NCBI GenBank assembly: GCA_002269645.1 | Contig: NIVC01001362.1 | Span: 186,001 to 250,000, forward strand | Direction of reading: 5' to 3' | DNA length: 64,000 nt | Source: Macrostomum lignano | Lineage: Eukaryota | Translations under genes and position numbers: made by a program | The notes under the pieces: generated by a model | Told to the model about the DNA's origin: nothing | The model's input: the letters and a program-made list of their open reading frames with translations, nothing else | Database searches by the model: none | Shown: piece by piece, positions 9,601-34,974 of the stretch | How positions within the stretch are numbered: position 1 is the first letter of the stretch | Layout: every line of letters begins with the position of its first letter

Positions 9601-12600
9601 TTAGAAAGGACCAGTAACCAAAGTGCCTGAAGTTACTCTCCTTGGAACTGGAAGTTACTTAACCTCCAACATTGTTAAAATGTAATTGGACCATCTTGCA
9701 GCCAATAGCCATTATCATGGTCTGGTGCATATTGGCTCCTAGCAATGTGGGCATGGTCTAGTATGCTAGAATGGTCTGGCCTAGGAAAGGAGGGCATCTG
9801 GCACAATTTAAACCTTATTGGCTGCAATCTATATTATAGAAAGTATAGGATATACCAGAAATGCTTTAGCTAGTGTATCTAGTATATAAATGCTTTGGTA
9901 TTGGCTGGTATACATCTGGCATACAGGAAAAAATACAATTTAATTTCTGGCACAATTATTGGCTTACAGTTCTTAACTATATTTATTCAAGCTTGCAACA
10001 CAGTATATTAGGCCTAACCATTGTCAGAAAGGGGTCCAATGTATGCTAGAGTTTTTTTTGGGCAAAACTTTACATTTATACGAAGTATGCCAAAAATTGT
10101 AAATGTGACTGTCATGTCACATCATATGCTTTACTAGATAGCTGAATACTTTCTGGCATATATATATATCACAATCTGCAATATGGGCTTCAATAGGGTA
10201 ACCAAATTTGGTCATTGAAAAAACTACAATCAATACTCATAGAAGATAGCAAATTTATAATACAAAAGATTGCAGCAATTTTATTCTAGTAAATAAAAAA
10301 ATGAAACCTAAACATTTTAGAAAACCCCTAATTAAAATAGCTGCCATCAGAGGGCCTTGTTTTGTCACCAAAACATCTTGCTACCAAAACAATTATAGCT
10401 AATTCTTTAAAACAGAATTTAAAACATGCTATATAAACTTATTTAAACAAAAAAATTTTTTACTGCTCTAGATCACATGCAATCCTTGATTTTGTGTTGC
10501 CAAAAAAATTATAGAAAATTGCTCTTAAAAAATCATATAATCTTTGAGTTTGTCAATTTTATTTCAATGATCCTTATAATAGAAGTGTTTAGCAGTTTTT
10601 TGTTTATTTTCTAAATGCTTTTACCTTTTCTAAAGTAGGTGTCTCAACTTAATTTTTTACTGAATAAAATTGCAATTTCTGCTACACTTCTATATAATAT
10701 ACATTTTTATTGTCAAAATTTCATAATGATTTATAGAACTTGACCGATTTCAAGCTTGTGAAGATTTGAACTTGACGAATTTCAAGCTTGTGAAGATTGT
10801 CATGATCCTATGACGAATAATTCTGATCACTCCCTACCCCCCCCACTGCTCCACAATGTTGCTCAGTTGTCCACCGGAGACCCGGCCAGACGCACCGTAT
10901 CCACGCCAAATGTTTCCGGTGGCGCCAGGTCTGGCGGCGCCAGTCCCGCGCCAAGCGGTGTCTACCCAGCGGCAGCGGCGCCAGACTCCGCGGCAGCTCC
11001 ATCAACCCCAATCGGTCAATGCGGTTTGAGCGACTCTTCATCCAGCCTAGCCGTGGGATTGCAACAGCAGCCCAACCCCCTGACCCTGTCTCCTCAGCAC
11101 CAGCCCAACTACAGCAACTCTCCCGTGAGCTCTCCGACACACGCTGCCAGCGCCTATGCAGCCTCCCCAACTGGCTATGCTCTGAGCCCAGCCTCCGCCC
11201 TTCATCAGCAACAGCACAGCAGCAGTGCTAAGCATCGAGTTCGCGAATACATCATCTCTAAAAGCCGCGATCATCGACCGCATCCTTATTCGCCAACCCA
11301 TCGGTCCAGAGACGAGTACGATGAACAGCACTTTGGCGGAGCGGGGGTCGGTGGCGGCGGCCTGGGCCCCCCGCTGGGCCCTCGCCGGGCTTCATCAGAC
11401 ACAAATATTGCTGAGAAGCTGCAGCAGCCCGGCTTTGCAGATTTCTATTACGGAGCAGTTGGCAGCGATGGCCAGCAGTTCCAGGTTCAACAGCAGATGC
11501 CACCGCAGCCCATAGCCGTGTCAATGACTTCTCCGTTGCTGCAGCAGCAGCTTCTTCTTTTGCAACAACAACAGCAGCAGCAGCAGCAGCAGCAACCAGT
11601 GATGCTTCAGAGTGACATGACCAAACTAAGCTTGGCTAATCAGCCTGTGCAATCTGTCAATCAGCAGCCATCTCTGGTAGCCGCACTGTTAACTGCTCCT
11701 GGAAGCAGCAACTGTCACAGCAACAGCAATAATTCCGGCCAAAATTATCGATCCAGCTGGCATCACTATCAGATGACTCAATCGGATGAAGATCTATCCG
11801 GCTTAGCTGCTTCATCTCCGTCGGCCCAGCCTCCTCAACAGGTGGCGCCAGGCCAGCTAGTGCTGCCGCAATCGCCCACTGGCCCAATACCGGATATCCG
11901 GGTCACTCCCATCAGCCAGGCCGCCGACATGCCGCCTCCGCCGCCCCCGATGCAGCAGCCGCCGCCTCTGACCACCGTCTCGATGACCGCCTATGCAAAT
12001 TCTGACTTGACTCAACAGCACCTGGATAATAGCTGCGGTGGTGAGTGATGCTGCTGGCGGAATCTTGATCTTCATCTTCATCCAATAGATCAGGCCTGAA
12101 GCCAATCAATCAGCTCTGAAGCCAATCAATCAGACCCTGAACCCAATCAATCAGACCCTGAAGCCAATCAATCAGACCCTAAAGCCAATAACCAGACCCT
12201 GAACCCAATCAATCAGACCCTGAACCCAATCAATCAGACCCTGAACCCAATCAATCAGACCCTGAAGCCAATCAATCAGACCCTGAACCCAATCAATCAG
12301 ACCCTGAAGCCAATCAATCAAACTCTGAAGCCAATCAATCAGACCCTGAAGCCAATCAATCAAACTCTGAAGCCAATCAATCAGACCCTGAAGCCAATCA
12401 ATCAAACTCTGAAGCCAATCAATCAGACCCTGAAGCCAATCAATCAAACTCTGAAGCCAATCAATCAGACCCTGAAGCCAATCAATCAAACTCTGAAGCC
12501 AATCAATCAGACCCTGAAGCCAATCAATCAGACCCTGAAGCCAATCAATCAGACCCTGAAGCCAATCAATCAGACCCTGTAGCCAATTAATCAGACCCTG

Positions 12601-13330
12601 AAGCCAATCAATCAGACCCTGAAACCAATCAATCAGACCCTGAAGCCAATCAATCAGACCCTGAAGCCAATCAATCAGACCCTGAAGCCAATCAATCAGA
12701 CCCTGAAGCCAATCAATCAGACCCTGAAACCAATCAATCAGACCCTGAAGCCAATCAATCAGACCCTGAAGCCAATCAATCAGACCCTGAAGCCAATCAA
12801 TCAGACCCTGAAGCCAATCAATCAGACCCTGAAACCAATCAATCAGACCCTGAAGCCAATCAATCAGACCCTGAAGCCAATCAATCAGACCCTGAAGCCA
12901 ATCAATCAGACCCTGAAGCCAATCAATCAGACCCTGAACCCAATCAATCAGACCCTGAAGCCAATCAATCAGACCCTGAACGCAATCAATCAGACCCTGA
13001 AGCCAATCAATCAGACCCTGAAGCCAATCAATCAGACCCTGAACCCAATCAATCAGACCCTGAAGCCAATCAATCAGACCTTGAACCCAATCAATCAGAC
13101 CCTGAAGCCAATCAATCAGACCCTGAAGCCAATCAATCTGACCCTGAACCCAATCAATCAGACCCTGAAGCCAATCTAACTGACTTTTTAAGTGCACTTA
13201 AACACTCGCAGTCCGTCGAGACTCGTACACCATGGCAACTGAGGTGCTGGCCAGCTTAGCGACTGCGGCGCCCCCAGCTGGTTTGGATTCCAAAATGAAC
13301 GGCGATCAAGGTGGCGGATTCACTTTCTAA
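6660..13330 (+). CDS. CRTC: CREB-regulated transcription coactivator (CRTC/TORC)-like, about 477 aa; exons join(6660..6800, 10867..12040, 13212..13330)
   Basis: Exon 1 has the TORC_N motif NPRKFDEKIALL followed by a GTAAGT donor. Exon 2 has RTVSTPNV, the SIK/AMPK-type site RRASSDTNI, the PxIxIT-like PDIRVT and Q/P-rich tracts, ending at a GTGAGT donor. Exon 3 is the only open frame compatible with phase 1 and is followed by AATAAA at 13405. The exon 2 acceptor and exon 3 are less certain than exon 1. Confidence 0.82.
7399..7552. mobile_element. Palindromic MITE-like element, copy 1
   Basis: Ends GTGCAACTTT...AAAGTTGCAC; internally homologous to 9100..9247. Confidence 0.6.
9100..9247. mobile_element. 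Palindromic MITE-like element, copy 2 (57-bp arms, 34-bp spacer)
   Basis: 9100..9156 matches the reverse complement of 9191..9247 at 45 of 57 positions without gaps. Confidence 0.65.
12082..13176. repeat. 21-bp minisatellite (GCCAATCAATCAGACCCTGAA)n, about 50 copies, in CRTC intron 2
   Basis: Direct inspection; produces the heptad ORF 12172..13197. Confidence 0.97.
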
Positions 13331-13654
13331 GTCTGCGTGCTGAATATCGAGATGAAGAACAGGTATTGAAACATTGTATTTTAAGGCAACAACAAGATTT
13401 TGTAAATAAATTCGAAATTTTGAGCATTCTCTGGAGTGTTTTTTCATGGTTTTAAAACTATATGCTGGAATTCTGTTTGAACTGTTTGAATCTGTTTGCT
13501 GTTCCAAGGTTTTTGTCTGTTAATTAATAATCATATAAAGGATTGTTTTAACTGTGCATAAGTAGCAAATATAAGTGGCTATTTTCATCTCACTGCTGCC
13601 ATGTTTCTGTGCTTTATTTAAACTGTTTATTTGCCGGTATATGTCTGGGTGCCT

Positions 13655-13925
13655 GCGTACGGTATTGACGCGCCTGTATGTGCGACTGAAAGGTCGGGGG
13701 TTCGATTCTTGACCTACTCAGAACAATTTGTGTCCTTGAGCAAGAGACACTTAACTCTGCATTACTTCAGTTCACCCAGCTGTAAAATAGGTGCCAGCAT
13801 TAGCTGGGGTAATTGAGGATGTGTGTGGCGACCCCCCAGTCCTTGGACTGAACAGCCGTACGCAGCCTTCAGATGCGCCGCGCAATAGCTGCGGCTGAGC
13901 TGTCGGTTGCACATCTGCTCATTAG
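13655..13925 (+). mobile_element. tRNA-derived SINE, copy 1
   Basis: B-box GGTTCGATTC followed by the central domain GTCCTTGAGCAAGAGACACTTAAC...CCCAGCTGTAAAATAGGT, typical of metazoan conserved-domain SINEs; two more copies in the window. Confidence 0.8.
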
Positions 13926-14721
13926 GGTAGGTGTAATCAATTACTCTATTATTATGTGCTCAGGAGCCAGTGGAATGGGCCGAATTGCCAAGAGTTGCCA
14001 TCAACAATCGTGTTCTTTAAAACTCAAATTTGCAAGCCAAGCCCCGTCTGTCTAACTTGCAGCTGCAGTTGTACTTTTAACAAAGCGCAGAAGTAAGCAT
14101 AATTGCTTTACTGTGCATACACAATAATATGTTATCATAATTTCTTGCTGTCAGTTTTTTTTCGTTTGGTACGCTTACTCTGGGTTATAATTATAGTTGT
14201 GAAATTGACTCAATGCATGCTTTGGTTGTGGTTAAAGTCGTTTATAATCTTTCTTTGCCAACCACCCTATGATCAAAATATTTACTGGTTTAATCTGTAC
14301 TTTTGTCGTGCTTTTTTTCTTTGGTTCCTTTATATGCGATCAAAACAACATTAGTTCTTTATCAACTATTTAGTATTATGCTTTATACTGCATATTAACC
14401 TATTATAAGTTAGTTATGGTTAAACTGCTCAATGAAAGTTATCTGGGTTTTCATTGTGACAATGGTTATTGGTCAGCGTGAAATTCTTAGTAGAAGTCTT
14501 CTCTTCTCTCGCGGTAAATATTATCTTAACTAGCTCATTTTTTTACTTAAGCATATTCTTAGATGAAAAAGGTGAACCTCCTGTCCTATAATCGTGATTT
14601 GGCCAAAGCTTGTAATTTTTTTAATAGTAATTTTTTATGTGCGTTTAAATAGTATTTTTGCATATTGCGATACTGTACATATTTTAAGCTGCATCGTAAA
14701 TAATGATTGTGAGGTTGTGTT

Positions 14722-15293
14722 GAGTCAGGTGTCAGATTGATGAGCTGCTGACTCAGTCAGGTGTGAGATTGATGAGCTGCTCAGGTGTGAGATTGATGAG
14801 CTGCTGACTCAGTCAGGTGTGAGATTGATGAGCTGCTGACTCAGTCAGGTGTGAGATTGATGAGCTGCTGACTCAGTCAGGTGTGAGATTGATGAGCTGC
14901 TGACTCAGTCAGGTGTGAGATTGATGAGCTGCTGACTCAGTCAGGTGTGAGATTGATGAGCTGCTCAGGTGTGAGATTGATGAGCTGCTCAGGTGTGAGA
15001 TTGATGAGCTGCTGGCTCAGTCAGGTGTGAGATTGATGAGCTGCTGACTCAGTCAGGTGTGAGATTGATGAGCTGCTGACTCAGTCAGGTGTGAGATTGA
15101 TGAGCTGCTGACTCAGTCAGGTGTGAGATTGATGAGCTGCTGACTCAGTCAGGTGTGAGATTGATGAGCTGCTCAGGTGTGAGATTGATGAGCTGCTCAG
15201 GTGTGAGATTGATGAGCTGCTGGCTCAGTCAGGTGTGAGATTGATGAGCTGCTCAGGTGTGAGATTGATGAGCTGCTGACTCAGGTGTGAGAT
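14722..15293. repeat. Minisatellite of mixed 32-bp and 24-bp units (TCAGGTGTGAGATTGATGAGCTGC[TGACTCAG])n
   Basis: Direct inspection. Confidence 0.95.
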
Positions 15294-16048
15294 GAACGAT
15301 ATAGTGTCTCAGTCTCAAGTTTACAGGCGCACTCGACCTGATAAATAAAGTTTTGTGTTTATCTCAAGTGTACAATAACATGATTGTCAAATAAAATACA
15401 TGTCGAACTACAGTATCAATTCATCATTATTTATCTAGCCTTGTTCAGTGTCAAGTTTCTCTTTTTGTTTACTTTTTGTCTCTTTGCCTCTTCCTCGTTT
15501 TAAAAACACAAGACCGCCAGTACTGTTATAATTACCATTTAATGCTTACTTAATTATTTGTATTCTTTTTCTACCTGTACTATGGTTCACTCTCAGTTGC
15601 CAATGTAATCATTTGCTAATCCTACATTAATTTATACAGTATCAGCTCTGTTTGTCAGTTTGTCATCTCTGTCTGAGGCTTCTGTTTTACATCTGCTGCA
15701 TAAGTACTACTAATATACTGTACAAGTATTACTCCTATATTTACAAAGTAGAGATCGCCTATTCATTATGTTTGCTATTGAGAAAACAACAATATAGAGA
15801 TGAGATATTGCTTTTGGTGTGCTTCAACTTTTACCTTTTAATAAAATGCCCGCTTGCTTGGTACGCAAATTTTATTATTATTATTAAATATTTACTAAAC
15901 GAAAAGCAATTCAACTTACTCTTTGTTTTAAAAAATTGGCCTTCTGCGATTGGTTGCTTTGAGTGTAGGAGCTCGTAGTGCTCATTCTGTGGATATAAGA
16001 AATTCAGAACTAAGCTCAGTCGCTTGATGTATCTAGAATATAAATTTT

Positions 16049-17015
16049 GAGTGTTTAGAATCTAAACTGAACTCAAAACTAAACTCTAGCATCGAGTGTT
16101 TAGAATCTAAAATAAACTCGAAACTAAACTCTAGCGCAAAGTGTTTAGAATCTAAAACAAACTCTAAACTAAACTCTAGCGCAAAGTGTTTAGAATCTAA
16201 GACAAACTCTAAACTAAACTCTAGCGCAAAGTGTTTAGAATCTAAAATAAACTCAAAACTGAACTCTAGCATCGAGTGTTTAGAATCTAAAACAAACTCT
16301 AAACTAAACTCTAGCATCGAGTGTTTAGAATCTAAAATAAACTCGAAACTAAACTCTAGCATCGAGTGTTTAGAATCTAAAACAAACTCTAAACTTAACT
16401 CTAGCGCAAAGTGTTTAGAATCTAAAATAAACTCGAAACTAAACTCTAGCGCAAAGTGTTTAGAATCTAAAATAAACTCAAAACTAAACTCTAGCATCGA
16501 GTGTTTAGAATCTAGAATAAATTCAAAACTAAACTCTAGCGCAAAGTGTTTAGAATCTAAAATAAACTCGAAACTAAACTCTAGCGCAGTGTTTAGAATC
16601 TAAAATAAACTCGAAACTAAACTCTAGCGCAAAGTGTTTAGAATCTAAAACAAACTCTAAACTAAACTCTAGCATCCAGTGTTTAGAATCTAAAATAAAC
16701 TCAAAACTGAACTCTAGCATCGAGTGTTTAGAATCTAAAATAAACTCAAAACTAAACTCTAGCATCGAGTGTTTAGAATCTAAAATAAACTCGACACTAA
16801 ACTGTGGCATCGAGTGTTTAGAATCTAAAATAAACTTGACACTAAACTGTGGCATCGATTGTTTAGAATCTAAAATAAACTCGACACTAAACTGTGGCAT
16901 CGAGTGTTTAGAATCTAAAATCAACTCAACACTAAACTCTAGCATCGAGTGTTTAGAATCTAAAATAAACTCGACACTAAACTGTGGCATCGAGTGTTTA
17001 GAATCTAAAACAAAC
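16049..17015. repeat. 45-bp satellite (CTAGCATCGAGTGTTTAGAATCTAAAACAAACTCTAAACTAAACT)n, array 1
   Basis: Direct inspection; the 15-aa periodic ORFs are a by-product. Confidence 0.95.
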
Positions 17016-17654
17016 TGTAAACTTTAAATTTATAAAATGATTCCAGATTCTGGGGCACAACGAAAAAAGACGTATCAAAAATGTTTTGTTTGCTACTCCT
17101 GTAGTTGTCAATATTGGATGTCTGACAATAATTGCAATATTTATAATGTATCCAAACTTCAGGTACAACAGGTCTCTGTCTTTCAATTGCATGGACAGCC
17201 ATAAAATCAGTCGGATTAGTGGGATAGGAAGTCTTCTGCAGTTTTTTAGTGCTATAAATTTCCAGTATCTCATCTAATTGTGGAATTCCAAATTCCAGAT
17301 GAGGTGCAGTTAATTCGGGGAGTTCCCGGATACCCACTGAACTCGTACTGATCCCATTTCGCTGCAGTCGCGGGCAGGACCACTGTAGTATTAACAGGGC
17401 GATCAGAAGCTGAAAGATCATGTATTTTATGGAGGCCGATTTCCTAAAAAAAAGTACACTGCGGAGATAGGAAAAATCGTTTGAACTGGGGGGCAGTGAA
17501 GATTGGCATACTTTTACGAGTAATTTAGCATGCGCAACATGATGTTACTCTATTGTGTAGTAAAAGTTTCATGTTCATATTTTTATTTACACTCCATAAG
17601 CTCAAAACTGTAAACATTCACAAGGGAAAATTTTGTTTTATTACTTCTTGACAG

Positions 17655-17910
17655 CCACTGCGCTCGACTTGAAAAGTCGGGGGTTCGATTCTCGACCCAC
17701 TCGGAACAATTTCTGTCTTTGAGCAAGACACTCAACTCTGCATTGCTTCAGTTCACCCAGCTGTAAAATGGGTGCCAGCATTAGCTGGGGTAATTGAGGG
17801 TGTGTGTGGCGACCCCCCAGTCCTTGGACTGAACAGCCGTACGCAGCCTTCAGATGCGCCGCGCAATAGCTGCGGCTGAGCTGTCGGTTGCACATCTGCC
17901 CATTATGGCA
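17655..17910 (+). mobile_element. tRNA-derived SINE, copy 2
   Basis: Near-identical body to 13655..13925. Confidence 0.8.
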
Positions 17911-18841
17911 GTACATGTAAATCTACATATAATGTACATGTACGTACACGAGTGAGCATAAATTGTAGCGCAGCTCTAAAACGGTACACGTACATGCATG
18001 TACAGGTTTATGCTGACATAAAACGGGTGCCGTAATTTGTACTTTTAGTAATGCAGTGCATATACACGTATTCTTTTCTTTTTAGCAAGAGGCAGGGGCT
18101 GTGTGCACCTGGCGCACTTTAAGCGACATTGTTACACAACCGCGGCGAGGGGCATTATACTGCCCCCCAATCCGCCGAACCCCCTGAACAGGCACACAAG
18201 CGCGCGGATACGTACGCATGCAGTCATACGCACAGGCACGCACTCACACAGGAGTGTACAGCATTTATTACAATCTCCAATTCGGAGTCAACAATTTTCA
18301 TACATGGCCAGCAAGTTGTATCTACATAATTGCCATGGAAACCAGTCTACTCGTATTCTTTTTCTACCTGTACTATGGTTCACTCTCAGTTGCCAATGTA
18401 ATCATTTTCTAATCCTACATTAATCTATACAGTATCAGCTCTGTTTGTCAGTTTGTCATCTCTGTCTGAGGCTTCTGTTTTACATCTGCTGCATAAATAC
18501 TACTACGATACTGTACAAGTAATTCTCCTATATTTACAAAGTAGAGATCGCCTATTCATTATGTTTGCTATTGAGAAAACAACAATATAGAGATGAGATA
18601 TTGCTTTTGGTGTGCTTCAACTTTTACCTTTTAATAAAATGCCCGCTTGCTTGGTACGCAAATTTTATTATTATTATTAAATATTTACTAAACGAAAAGC
18701 AATTCAACTTACTCTTTGTTTTAAAAAATTGGCCTTCTGCGATTGGTTGCTTTGAGTGTAGGAGCTCGTAGTGCTCATTCTGTGGATATAAGAAATTCAG
18801 AACTAAGCTCAGTCGTTTGATGTATCTAGAATATAAATTTT

Positions 18842-19853
18842 GAGTGTTTAGAATCTAAACTGAACTCAAAACTAAACTCTAGCATCGAGTGTTTAGAATC
18901 TAAAACAAACTCTAAACTAAACTCTAGCATCGAGTGTTTAGAATCTAAAACAAACTCTAAACTAAACTCTAGCATCGAGTGTTTAGAATCTAAAACAAAC
19001 TCTAAACTAAACTCTAGCATCGAGTGTTTAGAATCTAAAACAAACTCTAAACTAAACTCTAGCATCGAGTGTTTAGAATCTAAAACAAACTCTAAACTAA
19101 ACTCTAGCATCGAGTGTTTAGAATCTAAAACAAACTCTAAACTAAACTCTAGCATCGAGTGTTTAGAATCTAAAATAAACTCTAAACTAAACTCTAGCAT
19201 CGAGTGTTTAGAATCTAAAATAAACTCGACACTAAACTGTGGCATCGAGTGTTTAGAATCTAAAATCAACTCGACACTAAACTGTGGCATCGAGTGTTTA
19301 GAATCTAAAACAAACTCTAAACTAAACTCTAGCATCGAGTGTTTAGAATCTAAAACAAACTCTAAACTAAACTCTAGCATCGAGTTTTAGAATCTAAAAC
19401 AAACTCTAAACTAAACTCTAGCATCGAGTTTTAGAATCTAAAACAAACTCTAAACTAAACTCTAGCATCGAGTGTTTAGAATCTAAAACAAACTCTAAAC
19501 TAAACTCTAGCATCGAGTGTTTAGAATCTAAAACAAACTCTAAACTAAACTCTAGCATCGAGTGTTTAGAATCTAAAACAAACTCTAAACTAAACTCTAG
19601 CATCGAGTGTTTAGAATCTAAAACAAACTCTAAACTAAACTCTAGCATCGAGTGTTTAGAATCTAAAACAAACTCTAAACTAAACTCTAGCATCGAGTGT
19701 TTAGAATCTAAAATAAACTCTAAACTAAACTCTAGCATCGAGTGTTTAGAATCTAAAATCAACTCAACACTAAACTCTAGCATCGAGTGTTTAGAATCTA
19801 AAATAAACTCGACACTAAACTGTGGCATCGAGTGTTTAGAATCTAAAACAAAC
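18842..19853. repeat. 45-bp satellite, array 2
   Basis: Same unit as array 1, more homogeneous. Confidence 0.95.
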
Positions 19854-20427
19854 TGTAAACTTTAAATTTATAAAATGATTCCAGATTCTGTGGCACACCG
19901 AAAAAAGACGTATCAAAAATGTTTTGTTTGCTACTCCTGTAGTTGTCCATATTGGATGTCTGACAATAATTGCAATATTTATAATGTATCCAAACTTCAG
20001 GTACAACAGGTCTCTGTCTTTCAATTGCATGGACAGCCATAAAATCAGTCGGACTAGTGGGATAGGAAGTCTTCTGCAGCTTTTTAGTGCTATAAATTTC
20101 CAGTATCTCATCTAATTGTGGAATTCCAAATTCCAGATGAGGTGCACTTAATTCGGGGAGTTCCCGGATACGCACTGAACACGTGTACTGATTCCATTTG
20201 GCTGCAGTCGCGGGCAGGACCACTGTAGTATTAACAGGGCGATCAGAAGCTGAAAGATCATGTATTTTATGTAGGCCGATTTCCTAAAAAACGAGTAATT
20301 TAGCATGCGCAACATGATGTTACTCTATTGTGTAGTGAAAGTTTCATGTTCTTATTTTTATTTACACTCCATAGGCTCAAAACTGTAAACATTCACAAGG
20401 GAAAATTTTGTTTTATTACTTCTTGAC

Positions 20428-20685
20428 AGCCACTGCGCTCGACTTGAAAAGTCGGGGGTTCGATTCTCGACCCACTCGGAACAATTTCTGTCCTTGAGCA
20501 AGAGACACTCAACTCTGCATTGCTTCAGTTCACCCAGCTGTAAAATGGGTGCCAGCATTAGCTGGGGTAATTGAGGGTGTGTAGCGACCCCCCCAGTCCT
20601 TGGACTGAACAGCCGTACGCAGCCTTCAGATGCGCCGCGCAATAGCTGCGGCTGAGCTGTCGGTTGCACATCTGCCCATTATGGC
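20428..20685 (+). mobile_element. tRNA-derived SINE, copy 3
   Basis: Duplicate of copy 2 within the 2.8-kb duplication. Confidence 0.8.
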
Positions 20686-22528
20686 AGTATATGTAAATCT
20701 ACATATGTACATGTACGTACACGAGTGAGCATAAATTGTAGCGCAGCTCTAAAACGGTTCACGTACATGCATGTACAGGTTTATGCTGACATACAACGGG
20801 TGCCGTAATTTGTACTTTTAGTAATGCAGTACATATAAACGTATGCTTTTCTTTTTAGCTAGAGACAGGGGCTGTGTGCACCTGGCGCACTTTAAGCGAC
20901 ATTGTTACACAACCGGCGAGGGGCATTATACTGCCCCCCAATCCGCCGAACCCCCTGAACAGGCACACAAGCGCGCGGATACGTACGCATGCAGTCATCG
21001 CACAGGCACGCACTCACACAGGAGTGTACAGCATTTATTACAATCTCCAATTCGGAGTCAACAATTTTCATACATGGCCAGCAAGTTGTATCTACATAAT
21101 TGCCATGGAAACCAGTCTACTCGTTACGGATCGTGGAATGTTAATTATTAATTAAACAATATCATCAAGCGTTTCTAGTATTCTAACATTAATTCTTGAT
21201 ATTAAAATTCGATTAATGTTATTAGGCAATTAATATAGGTATGTATTGTAATTTAATCTAATCTAAAATTAAAATGATTGTCAATATTGAACTAGTAGTT
21301 AGGCCGTGATAATTGAACATGTAGAATTTATAATTATTAGGACAAACTGTATATATAATTATATAATTCAGTATATTTACACGCTGCATAATGTGCTAGC
21401 AGAGATCCTTTATACTGCATGTGGTGCAGTGCGTACACCCTATGCAGCAGGTACGGATCAAAGCAGTACATTTTAGCAATTTTGATTGCATTGCATTTTG
21501 AATTGCATTTGCGTTTTGTTGGCAAGGACAATAAAGAGATAAGATATAAATATAAACACATATGAACATCAAATACGTCCCTCAAAATAGGAACTTAAGA
21601 TTGACATAGCCTGAACCTGAACATGTCATTTTGAATTTTAAAGCTCATATCAAACAGTGCGTTTAAACAAACAAAAATTGCAATTAGAAGTTGCGTGGGG
21701 TGCACATTGATAATTAAAATAGCTATAAGCATAGCATTTGCAGCTCAACTGAGCCCGCGAGTGAAAGCAGAGTGCGAAAGATGAAAAGGAACACAATTTG
21801 CAAAAAAAAAAATTAAAATTCACAAAGCAAAGAGAATATTTGCTTTTCTATATATGTATTCCTTATCAGCTGCTGTGTGCAGTAGCATATTGTGCGCATT
21901 TTGTTTAAACTTACAGCAATATGTGTGCGGCAAGAAGGACGTGCAAAAGTTGCTGCGCAAAAATGGAGACAAATTTGACGAGTTTGTTCGATTCAAACAA
22001 ATTCAAACAATGCGGCATATGGAGTAGCGATTATGTTCTCTTTGTTCGTTTGACGAATAATTTACATTTCCAAAGCTCATTACACAGGTACATGCTACTG
22101 CATGGTAGGCACATTTTAAACAACAGTTTAACACAGAATAGTATTAAAAAACGTGATTTTAAAATTCGAAATTGAAAAATGAGCTAAAATAATTATAATA
22201 TTCGATTGTCAGCAAACTGAACTTATGTTATTTAAAGGCTGAACCAATAAAGTTGGGGGTGCAAAAGTACGTTTCATTATAGAAGACTGTTGCACAATTC
22301 AAATCCTGGTAATAATTAAGGATTAACAGGCTTAACTAACAAAAATATCACCTTAGCTTGCCGTCTATAAAACTGACTGGGTTTAGCTCATTCGGTAGAA
22401 AAATATAAGCTTTCACAAATAATTCGTACACAATGTACAACACTCTACATCTACCTATCAAACTTAATATGCTTCGTTGGAGGATTCGTAGAGTACACAG
22501 TGCGAGTGTTGTTTTACAGGGCACAATT

Positions 22529-34267
<11,739 letters not shown>

Positions 34268-34302
34268 GATGATGCTGGGCCTGAGGGTGGTGTGACAATG
34301 AT

Positions 34303-34974
<672 letters not shown>

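Larger units (their letters stand above)
15560..21123. repeat. About 2.8-kb tandem segmental duplication (15560..18352 and 18353..21123)
   Basis: Both copies start GTATTCTTTTTCTACCTGTACTATGG and end AACCAGTCTACTC; each holds a 45-bp satellite and a SINE. Confidence 0.93.

Noticed and set aside
12172-13197. 341-aa heptad ORF (LQGLIDW)n suggesting a coiled coil
   Set aside because: It is the translation of a 21-bp minisatellite, antisense within a CRTC intron, with a GTG start and no splice context.
17005-17421. ORFs of 90-140 aa in the unique part of the 2.8-kb duplication (also 19836..20223)
   Set aside because: No recognisable motifs, frames differ between the copies, and there is no splice model.
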